Source: Actinomycetota bacterium (GTDB lineage Bacteria > Actinomycetota > Acidimicrobiia > Acidimicrobiales > MedAcidi-G1). Taken from it: a stretch of 64,000 bases of DNA. Under the pieces are notes generated by a model that was not told where the DNA came from, did no database searches, and saw nothing but the letters and a program-made list of their open reading frames with translations. Made by a program: the position numbers and the translations under genes. Location of the stretch: NCBI GenBank assembly GCA_018673475.1, contig JABHCN010000010.1:37138-101137 (forward strand), given 5' to 3'. This document shows, one piece after another, positions 20,700 to 30,209 of the stretch (the stretch's first letter is position 1; each line of letters begins with the position of its first letter).

Positions 20700-22340
20700 A
20701 TGGAAAACCTGCTCGACGGTTGGGGAATCACCCTCGCCACATTCTCACCCCTGGTGGGTGTGGCGATCATGCTGCTGATCCCCGGGGAGCGCGAGGAGCG
20801 ACACAAGGTGGTCGCGCTCGCCACATCTCTGTGGGTGGCGTTCATCGGTGTGCTCCTACTGCTCTGGTTCGACATGGGTGAAACCGGCCGCCTCCAGTAC
20901 GTGGTCGACGAGATGTGGATCGACGTGATCAGGAGCCGCTACCTCGTCGGTATCGACGGCATGTCGCTGCCGCTGATCCTGTTGACAATGTTCATTGTTC
21001 CGCTGTGCATCATCTACAGCTGGAACCACTTTCCGGAGCCCCGCAACCCCAAGGCCTTCCTGATCCTGATCCTGATCCTCGAAACCGGGATGATCGGAAC
21101 CTTTGTTGCCCAGGACATGGTGCTGTTCTTCGTGTTCTTCGAGATTGTCCTGTTGCCGATGTTCTTCATGATCGCGGTCTGGGGAGGCGACGACCGCCGC
21201 TACGCCTCGCTCAAGTTCTTCCTCTTCACCCTGTTCGGGTCGGCACTGATGCTCGTCAGCTTCCTGGCGCTCTTCTTCCTCACCGGCGCCGAGTCGTTCG
21301 CCTTCACCGAGGTGGCCGACAACGTGCTGGCCCACGGGGTCTCGCGCACAGCACAGCTGTGGATCTTCGGAGGCATGTTCCTTGGCTTTGGCATCAAGGT
21401 TCCGATGTTCCCGTTCCACACCTGGCTACCCGACGCCCACACCCAGGCACCCACCGTCGGATCGGTGATCCTGGCAGCAGTACTGCTCAAGTTGGGCACC
21501 TACGGGTTCATCCGCATCGCAATTCCGCTCCTGCCGGAAGCCGCCGTCGAGTGGGCACCGTGGATCGGCCTGCTGGCCGTCGTGGGCATCATCTACGGCG
21601 CCCTCGGCTGCCTCGCCCAGACCGACGTGAAGCGCCTGATCGCCTTCTCCTCGGTCGCCCACATGGGCTTTGTGATGCTCGGCATAGCAACGCTCACCGA
21701 CTTCGGGATCAACGCCGCCATCATGGGCATGGTCGCCCACGGCCTGATCACGGGAATGCTGTTCTTCCTCGCCGGTTCCATGAAGGACCGCTACCACACC
21801 CTCGAGATCAGCCGCCTCGGTGGTCTGCTGGTCCAGGCCCCCCGCATGGGCTGGATCTTCGGCATCTGCGTCATGGCCTCGCTGGGCCTGCCCGGACTGG
21901 CTGGATTCTGGGGCGAGTTCCCAGCCATCCTGTCCTCGTACAGCCCGGCCAATGGTCTCCCCGTTGAGACCTTCCGGACCTTCATGGTTGTCGCTGCGGT
22001 AGGCACGGTTCTGGCAGCGGGCTACCTGCTGTGGCTGTTGCAACGCGTGGCCTTTGGCAACCCGCCCGAGGAGTTTGCCGACAACCCCGAAATCGTCGAC
22101 GTGACAAGGCACGAATGGATGGCATGGGCACCGATCCTGGCTCTGATCGTTGCCATCGGCATCTACCCGAACCTGGTGTTCCGGGTAACCGATGGTGCGG
22201 TCGATGCCTCCCTGAACGACTGCCTTCAGGTGAACACGGCCGAGCTGACCGACGCCGAGGCAGAGGCCCTGGGCTGTGCTGCGGTCTACGAGGTCGGTAG
22301 CGGCGGCGGACACGACGATCACGCGGCGGCAGGTAACTAG
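20700..22340 (+). CDS. nuoM: NADH-quinone oxidoreductase subunit M, set 2
   Basis: FGIKVPMFPFHTWLPDAHTQAPTVGSVILAAVLLKLGTYG. Confidence 0.88.
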   Translation: MENLLDGWGITLATFSPLVGVAIMLLIPGEREERHKVVALATSLWVAFIGVLLLLWFDMGETGRLQYVVDEMWIDVIRSRYLVGIDGMSLPLILLTMFIVPLCIIYSWNHFPEPRNPKAFLILILILETGMIGTFVAQDMVLFFVFFEIVLLPMFFMIAVWGGDDRRYASLKFFLFTLFGSALMLVSFLALFFLTGAESFAFTEVADNVLAHGVSRTAQLWIFGGMFLGFGIKVPMFPFHTWLPDAHTQAPTVGSVILAAVLLKLGTYGFIRIAIPLLPEAAVEWAPWIGLLAVVGIIYGALGCLAQTDVKRLIAFSSVAHMGFVMLGIATLTDFGINAAIMGMVAHGLITGMLFFLAGSMKDRYHTLEISRLGGLLVQAPRMGWIFGICVMASLGLPGLAGFWGEFPAILSSYSPANGLPVETFRTFMVVAAVGTVLAAGYLLWLLQRVAFGNPPEEFADNPEIVDVTRHEWMAWAPILALIVAIGIYPNLVFRVTDGAVDASLNDCLQVNTAELTDAEAEALGCAAVYEVGSGGGHDDHAAAGN

Positions 22341-22342
22341 GG

Positions 22343-23851
22343 GTGGGTTCCCAACTCCTGCTCCTGGCGTTTGAGAGGCCCGCCCTCGACTGGCATGCCC
22401 TCGCGCCCGAGATAGTCCTGCTCAGCGTGGGCGGCCTGGTGACCCTGATCGACATCGTCTTCCTGGAGAGGGCCAGGCCGATCACGGCAGCGGTGGCCGG
22501 CCTCGGCCTGTTGGCCACGGCCATTCCCCTCTTGACCCTCGCCCTGGATGGAAGCGACAGGGTCATGTTCGGAGGCGCCTACGTCGTCGATGAGTTCGCG
22601 CTCGTCATGAAGGCCATCTTCATCCTGGCCGGCTACGTGGTGATCCTGTTGTCGACCAACTACGTAGCCGAGGGCGAGTACTGGGAGAACGAGTACTACG
22701 GCCTGCTCCTGGCATCGCTGATGGGAATGGTCATGATGGCGTCGTCACGCGACCTCATCTCGCTGTTTGTAGCCCTTGAACTTCTCTCCATACCCGCCTA
22801 CCTGATGGTCGCCTGGCGCAAGCGCGACATACGTTCCACCGAGGCCGGCCTGAAGTACTACCTGATGGGTGTGTTCGCCTCGGCGGTGATGCTCTACGGA
22901 ATGTCGCTGCTGTTCGGCGTCTCTGGTTCCACGCTTCTCACCGACATCAACTCGGTGGTCACAGCCGGCGGAGCATCGGTGTCGGTGGTAACCCTCGGCA
23001 TCGTGTTCGTTGTCGCCGGGTTCGGGTTCAAGGTCTCGGCGGCTCCGTTCCACACCTGGGCTCCCGACGTCTACCAGGGTGCGCCCACCCCGGTCACGGC
23101 CTTCCTGTCGGTGGCATCCAAGGCTGCTGGCTTCGTGGCACTTCTGGCCCTCGTCTTCGTCGGCTTCTACGGCCGCCCCGAGGTCTGGGAGCCCCTTGTG
23201 TGGACGCTCGCAGCCGTGTCCATGACCGTCGGGAACCTGATCGCCCTGCGACAGACCAACATCGTGCGCATGATGGCCTACTCGGGCGTCGCCCAGACCG
23301 GTTTCATGATCGCTCCGCTGGCGGTGGCCGGCCACAGCACTGCTCTCGGCGACCAGGCACTATCGGCGACCGTGACCTACCTCGCCATCTACGCAGCAAT
23401 GAACCTGGGAGCGTTCGCGGTGATCATCTCCCTGGCCCGAAGGACAGGATCTGCCGAGATGTCATCGTTCGCCGGGGCGTTCCGGTATGCACCGGCAATG
23501 ACCGTGGCCATGACGATCTTCCTGGGTTCCCTCGCGGGGATACCTCCTCTCGGGGGCTGGTTCGCCAAGTTCGAGGTGTTCCGCGTGCTGACCTCTTCAG
23601 GCGACACCTGGGGGTACGCCCTGGCGGTGGTCGCCGCTGTGAATGCAGTGATCGCCCTCTACTACTACGCCTCGGTCCTGTTGCGCATGTGGGCCGACGA
23701 GGCACCCGATGAGGGGGTCGCAGACGTGGCCCTCACCCCGTCGCTGCTTTCTGCGCTCGTCATCTGCGGTGGCGTGACCCTCGTCTTCGGGGTACTGCCA
23801 CAGGTGGTGGCCCGCTTCACCGACGTCAGCCTCCTGGCTCTCGGAGGCTGA
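22343..23851 (+). CDS. nuoN: NADH-quinone oxidoreductase subunit N, set 2
   Basis: GFKVSAAPFHTWAPDVYQGAPTPVTAFL. GTG start 2 nt after the nuoM stop. Confidence 0.88.
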   Translation: MGSQLLLLAFERPALDWHALAPEIVLLSVGGLVTLIDIVFLERARPITAAVAGLGLLATAIPLLTLALDGSDRVMFGGAYVVDEFALVMKAIFILAGYVVILLSTNYVAEGEYWENEYYGLLLASLMGMVMMASSRDLISLFVALELLSIPAYLMVAWRKRDIRSTEAGLKYYLMGVFASAVMLYGMSLLFGVSGSTLLTDINSVVTAGGASVSVVTLGIVFVVAGFGFKVSAAPFHTWAPDVYQGAPTPVTAFLSVASKAAGFVALLALVFVGFYGRPEVWEPLVWTLAAVSMTVGNLIALRQTNIVRMMAYSGVAQTGFMIAPLAVAGHSTALGDQALSATVTYLAIYAAMNLGAFAVIISLARRTGSAEMSSFAGAFRYAPAMTVAMTIFLGSLAGIPPLGGWFAKFEVFRVLTSSGDTWGYALAVVAAVNAVIALYYYASVLLRMWADEAPDEGVADVALTPSLLSALVICGGVTLVFGVLPQVVARFTDVSLLALGG

Positions 23852-23936
23852 CATTCCCAGCCCGCCAGGTGACGGGCTGGCACAGCGACTGCTCGCACGC
23901 ATCCGGGCAGATGGACCGATTCGCTTCGACGAGTAC

Positions 23937-24887
23937 GTGGAGGCATGTCTCTACGGCCCCATCGACGGCTTCTACACCACCGGAGGATCCGCCGGACGCA
24001 GGGGAGACTTCATCACCAGCCCCGAGGTCGGACCGCTCTTTGGAGCCGTGTTGGCGCGATGGATGGACTCTGTGTGGGAGAGCCTTGGCCGTCCCCACGG
24101 GTTCACCGTTGTCGAGGCCGGTGCCGGCAGCGGCACGCTCGCACGGTCTGTGCTGGCTGCAGCCCCTCAGTGCCTCACCCATGGCCGCTACCTTGCCGTG
24201 GAACGGTCCGAACGGCTTCGCTCGGACCATCCAGATGGCGTTGAGCCACTTGTCGACCTGCCGGCCGGACCGGTCACGGGCGTGGTTCTTGCCAACGAAC
24301 TGTTGGACAACCTCGCCTTCAGCCTCCTGCACGGCGTCGACGACACGTGGCACCAGGTGAGGGTCGGGGCCGATCAGGGTGGCCTGGTCGAGGTGACTGC
24401 AGAACCCTGCGATCCACCGGTGCCGCTCGAACCGGTCGACGGTGCCCGAATCGCCGTACAGACGGAGGCATCGCAATGGGTCTCGCGGGCCCTCTCCATC
24501 CTCGAAGCCGGATCGCTGCTGGCGTTCGACTACTGCACCACCACAGCGGAAATGGCCTCGCAGTCCCCCGGGGAGTGGCTGCGCACCTACGCCGGGCATG
24601 AACGGGGCGGCAACCCGCTGGACGCGCCGGGCCGACAGGACATCACGGTCGACGTGGCGATCGACCAGCTGCCAACTGGAGCATCAACCATGAGCCAGGC
24701 CGACTTCCTCACCCACCACGGAATCAGAGACCTTGTGGACGCCGGCAGGCTGGCCTGGTCCGAGCGTGCGGGAATCGGAGACCTCGAGGCCATCAGGGCC
24801 AGGAGTCGCACAATCGAGGCAGCAGCACTCGTGGACCTCGACGGACTCGGCGGGTTCACCGCCCTCGAATGGGTGGCCGGCCCCTGA
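23937..24887 (+). CDS. SAM-dependent methyltransferase of the MidA/NDUFAF7 (DUF185) family. The true start is probably upstream, near 23877.
   Basis: Translation has GDFITSPEVGPLFGAVLARWMD...FTVVEAGAGSGTLARSVL, the family hallmark. In-frame upstream codons read LAQRLLARIRADGPIRFDEYV, which matches the family N-terminus, but they have no ATG/GTG/TTG. Confidence 0.75.
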   Translation: MEACLYGPIDGFYTTGGSAGRRGDFITSPEVGPLFGAVLARWMDSVWESLGRPHGFTVVEAGAGSGTLARSVLAAAPQCLTHGRYLAVERSERLRSDHPDGVEPLVDLPAGPVTGVVLANELLDNLAFSLLHGVDDTWHQVRVGADQGGLVEVTAEPCDPPVPLEPVDGARIAVQTEASQWVSRALSILEAGSLLAFDYCTTTAEMASQSPGEWLRTYAGHERGGNPLDAPGRQDITVDVAIDQLPTGASTMSQADFLTHHGIRDLVDAGRLAWSERAGIGDLEAIRARSRTIEAAALVDLDGLGGFTALEWVAGP

Positions 24888-24954
24888 CACGCCAACACCA
24901 ACTGACTATCGTCCAGACTGGAACGAGAGCACACACGACGGGAGAGAAGCGGCG

Positions 24955-26949
<1,995 letters not shown>

Positions 26950-26952
26950 GCC

Positions 26953-27435
26953 CTGTCTGGAGTTCGCTTCGAGCGGGATGGAAGGCCGCCAGAGGGACCG
27001 GTCGTCATCATCGACGTCGACGGCGTCCTCTCCGATGCCTCCGGGCGCCAGCACTTCCTGGATGGACCGACAAGGGACTGGTGGGCGTTCTTTGAGGCCT
27101 CGGTGGATGACCCTCCGATCCCCGAGGCAATCCGCCTGGTCGAGCGCCTCACCGAGGACCACACGGTCGTCTTGTTGACCGCCCGGCCATCTGGCTCGGC
27201 TGACACCACGCTGGAGTGGCTGGGTCGCCATGGCGTCAACTGGGACCTGCTCGCCATGCGCAACGAGAACGACCATGGAAGCTCACCCGAGGTCAAGCGG
27301 GCGATCCTCTCGGACCTGCGGAGCGATGGCTACGAGCCGATCCTGGCTGTTGACGACGACCCGGGGAACCTGGTCATGTACAGGTCCGAGGGCGTTCCGA
27401 CGGTGTACGTCCACTCCGGCTACTACGACGCCTGA
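26953..27435 (+). CDS. HAD-superfamily phosphatase (small, cap-less type); start codon unresolved
   Basis: The catalytic motif I, VVIIDVDGVLSD (27001-27036), lies upstream of the first canonical start (GTG 27103) in this frame. LLTARP (motif II) and AVDDDPGN (motif IV-like) are downstream. CTG 26953 is the only start-like codon after the acs stop. Confidence 0.55.
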   Translation: MSGVRFERDGRPPEGPVVIIDVDGVLSDASGRQHFLDGPTRDWWAFFEASVDDPPIPEAIRLVERLTEDHTVVLLTARPSGSADTTLEWLGRHGVNWDLLAMRNENDHGSSPEVKRAILSDLRSDGYEPILAVDDDPGNLVMYRSEGVPTVYVHSGYYDA

Positions 27436-27592
27436 CCGCTCGCTGTGTGTGCCATGGGTTCCCGGACGGTCGCCGGGCACTCCTGCGGCTCAGAGGACGT
27501 TCGCCTCCGAAATACCCGACACCCGCCCTCGTTCTCTGCCACCTCCGCTCGCTGTGTGTGCCATGGGTTCCCGGACGGTCGCCGGGCACTCC
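27436..27592. repeat. Two identical 48-bp direct repeats (27436-27483 and 27545-27592) separated by 61 nt
   Basis: Both copies read CCGCTCGCTGTGTGTGCCATGGGTTCCCGGACGGTCGCCGGGCACTCC. Each contains the hairpin CCCGG-ACGGTCG-CCGGG. They lie in the intergenic region upstream of htpX. Confidence 0.9.
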
Positions 27593-27664
27593 GGGCGATG
27601 TCCACGGTGCAGGTGTCGGGCGTACGCTTGGGTTTCAGAGTGAGCTGACACCCCCGAGGAACCG

Positions 27665-28552
27665 ATGATCAACACAACAAAGACCTTCGCCCTGCTGGCC
27701 CTGCTTGGCGGCCTGTTCATCGTGATCGGCGGCGCCATGGGCGGCAACGGCGGAATGGTCCTTGGCATGATCATCGGGCTGGTGGTCGTCGGCGCCTCCT
27801 ACTGGGGCAGCGATCGCATCGCAATAGCGTCCGCACGTGCCGTTCCGGCCGACCCGGCCGACCACCCCGACTACCACCGTGTGGTATCCGAACTCGCCAC
27901 TGCTGCGGGCCTGCCAATGCCAAAGCTCTACATCTCGCCCAATGACCAGCCCAACGCCTTCGCCACCGGTCGCAATCCAGACCACGCCGCCGTGGCGATC
28001 ACCCAGGGCCTCGTGGACCGAATGAACTGGTACGAGATCCGTGGGGTGCTGGCCCACGAACTGATGCACATCCGCAACCGGGACATCCTGATCGGCTCGG
28101 TGGCTGCGGCCGTTGGAATGGCCATCACCATGATTGCCCGGATGGCCATGTGGGCCTCCATGTTCAGCGGCGGCCGGGGCCGTGACCGCAACCCGATCGG
28201 CCAGATCGCTCTGGCAATTCTTGCTCCGATAGCCGCCATGGTGATCCAGGCGGCTATCAGCCGGAGCCGCGAGTTTCAGGCCGATGCCTCCGCGGCGCAG
28301 CTGATGGGTGACGGTGAGCCCCTTGCCCTCGCACTCGAGAAGTTGGAGGTGGCTGCCAGCCGCATCCCGTCAGGGGTCGACCCGAATCAGGCCTCGTCCT
28401 ACATCATTGATCCGCTCAAGGCTCAGGCCGTAGGGGGCCGTAGGCGCTCCAGGTGGTTCTCGACCCACCCCTCGACCGAGGACCGTATTGATCGCCTCCG
28501 GGGCGGCTCCTGGAGGTCAGGCGAGACGCTCAGCGGAGGGCCGATCTCTTAG
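27665..28552 (+). CDS. htpX: Zinc metalloprotease HtpX (M48 family)
   Basis: N-terminal TM helices, the [10 protein letters not shown] zinc motif, and a later EFQADA segment. Confidence 0.9.
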   Translation: MINTTKTFALLALLGGLFIVIGGAMGGNGGMVLGMIIGLVVVGASYWGSDRIAIASARAVPADPADHPDYHRVVSELATAAGLPMPKLYISPNDQPNAFATGRNPDHAAVAITQGLVDRMNWYEIRGVLAHELMHIRNRDILIGSVAAAVGMAITMIARMAMWASMFSGGRGRDRNPIGQIALAILAPIAAMVIQAAISRSREFQADASAAQLMGDGEPLALALEKLEVAASRIPSGVDPNQASSYIIDPLKAQAVGGRRRSRWFSTHPSTEDRIDRLRGGSWRSGETLSGGPIS

Positions 28553-29037
28553 TCGCGGAAGTTGGTGAACTGAAGGGGCAGGTCCAGGTCGGCGGCCTTC
28601 AGAGCCGCAATTACCTCCTGCAGGGCGTCGCGCTTCTTGCCGTTGACGCGGACCTGGTCGCCCTGGGTCTGGGTCTGGATGCCCTTGATGCCCAGGTCCT
28701 TGACCATCTTGTTGATAGTTCGGGATGAGTCGCTGTCGATTCCGGCCCGGAGCCCGGCCGCCTTACGTGAGCGGCCACCGCTGGCCGACTCGACCTTTCC
28801 CCAGTCGAGGGACTTGAGAGAGACCTTGCGGCGAACCAACTTTTCCTCGAGCACGATCACGAGGGCGGCAAGCCGCTCCTCGGTGGAGGACTCGAGGGCG
28901 ATGGCACCATCTTGAAGTTCGACGTTCGAATCGGTGCCCTTGAAGTCGAACCGGGTGTGGATCTCTCTGGCGGCCTGATCGACCGCATTGCGGACTTCCT
29001 GCAGGTCGATCTCTGACACCACGTCGAAGGAGGCCAT
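28549..29037 (-). CDS. yajQ: YajQ-family nucleotide-binding protein (UPF0234)
   Basis: 162 aa, [34 protein letters not shown]...LQFTNFRD, typical in length and termini. Converges with htpX with a 4-nt overlap. Confidence 0.88.
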   Translation of the reverse strand: MASFDVVSEIDLQEVRNAVDQAAREIHTRFDFKGTDSNVELQDGAIALESSTEERLAALVIVLEEKLVRRKVSLKSLDWGKVESASGGRSRKAAGLRAGIDSDSSRTINKMVKDLGIKGIQTQTQGDQVRVNGKKRDALQEVIAALKAADLDLPLQFTNFRD

Positions 29038-29116
29038 GGCCGAACCCTAGCGACGCTTTCCGGCCTACCGGTCGCCGGTGGCTGGGCCCGGGGTGGGCGG
29101 TATCCTCCGACCTTCT

Positions 29117-29201
29117 GGGTCGGTGCCCGAGTGGCCAAAGGGAACGGGCTGTAAACCCGTCGGCATTGCCTACGGAGGTTCAAATCCTCCCCGGCCCACC
29201 A
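29117..29201 (+). tRNA. tRNA-Tyr (anticodon GTA), class II with long variable arm, CCA encoded
   Basis: Manual fold:
- Acceptor stem GGGTCGG/CCGGCCC (one G-U pair).
- D arm CCCGAGTGGCCAAAGGGA.
- Anticodon stem ACGGG/CCCGT with loop CTGTAAA.
- Variable arm CGGCATTGCCTAC.
- T arm GGAGG-TTCAAAT-CCTCC.
- Discriminator A followed by CCA. Confidence 0.9.
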
Positions 29202-29212
29202 TTGTGATGTGC

Positions 29213-29260
29213 CAGGAACTTGTGAGCACATGTCTCGAAGCATGTGGTCACAAGTTCCTG
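29213..29260. terminator. Long hairpin (19 of 20 bp stem, 8-nt loop) between tRNA-Tyr and a convergent operon; possible bidirectional terminator
   Basis: CAGGAACTTGTGAGCACATG-tctcgaag-CATGTGGTCACAAGTTCCTG. No U-tract on either side. Confidence 0.4.
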
Positions 29261-29372
29261 AACCACAGCGCTACACCCGCTTGCAGGTGAGTGGCCCGGA
29301 ATCTCAACGGTTCGAGACCTTGCTGCTCCCAGGGTGGCCTGGTGTGTCAAGGCCCTTCGTGGCAACCGGTGG

Positions 29373-30209
29373 TCAGACGATGAGCGGCACCACTCGGTTC
29401 TTGATGCAGCGGGCAAGGTTGAGGGCCGCCATGGTCGACGTCTTTGGGTTGTCCGGCAGCGGGCGGCTGCCGATCGAGACATCGAGGCGGCCGAAGTCGC
29501 CAACGGCCGTGATCTCGTGCCTGTTCTGGGTCGCCGTGGGATCGGCTACGAGCGTGACCCTGGTGTCTTCGGGGCCGACACCGGCGAGGGCTGTCGTGAT
29601 GGCCACGTTGGCGTTCTTGGGGAACTGCGATGCTGCCTCGGCTGCCGTGCCTGTAAAGAAGGCCTCTGGCTCCTCGATGGCGTCCAGAACGCATAGCCCC
29701 TCGGCCGGTGTTCCCTGCCATGCTCCGGGCGGCTTGATGATCCGGTGCTCGACGGTTTCGAGCCCCAGAAGGCTTGCCGCAGCGATCGCGTCGACGGCAC
29801 CAAGCGCACCGGGCTGGACGTGCACCTGGGCGTTGTTGGCGGCTGCGATGGCACTCAACTCGTCCAGCAGCGTCGAGTCGGCGAAGGCGGATGCTGACGA
29901 CACTATGAAGTCGGCCCCAGCCTCGAGAGTGGCTCGTCCCCAGGGGCCTACGGCGGCGCGACCGGCGGTCTCGGCGACCACGTCGGGGAACCTCGATGCC
30001 AGCTCATCTGGGCTGGTGATGAGGTGGGCACCGGGTGGCAGGTCAGGAGGCGGTTCTGACCCGTCCCGTACAGCGACGGCCACGATCTCGACCGGTGAGT
30101 CGTCGAGCAGACGCGACGCAGTTCGGGCCATTGCGCCCCAACCCACGAAGGCGATGCGCAGCACAGCCCCAGTCGCCACGACCTCCTTGCTCACACCCTG
30201 AGCCCGCAC
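29373..30209 (-). CDS. Aspartate dehydrogenase-domain (NadX/DUF108-like) NAD(P) oxidoreductase
   Basis: Rossmann N-terminus RIAFVGWGAMA, and the ...NRHEITAVGDFG... region typical of the family. An alternative GTG start at 30164 would remove the overlap with the upstream gene. Confidence 0.7.
   Translation of the reverse strand: MRAQGVSKEVVATGAVLRIAFVGWGAMARTASRLLDDSPVEIVAVAVRDGSEPPPDLPPGAHLITSPDELASRFPDVVAETAGRAAVGPWGRATLEAGADFIVSSASAFADSTLLDELSAIAAANNAQVHVQPGALGAVDAIAAASLLGLETVEHRIIKPPGAWQGTPAEGLCVLDAIEEPEAFFTGTAAEAASQFPKNANVAITTALAGVGPEDTRVTLVADPTATQNRHEITAVGDFGRLDVSIGSRPLPDNPKTSTMAALNLARCIKNRVVPLIV

Noticed and set aside
27436-27592. Considered whether the 48-bp repeats are a CRISPR remnant
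   Set aside because: There are only two copies, the spacer is 61 nt, there are no cas genes in 64 kb, and the repeat is longer than typical CRISPR repeats.
27445-27648. 67-aa ORF (and overlapping ORFs on both strands) across the repeat region upstream of htpX
   Set aside because: The two repeat copies would be read in different frames, there is no RBS, the composition is Arg/Gly/Ser-rich, and no motif is present. Treated as non-coding.
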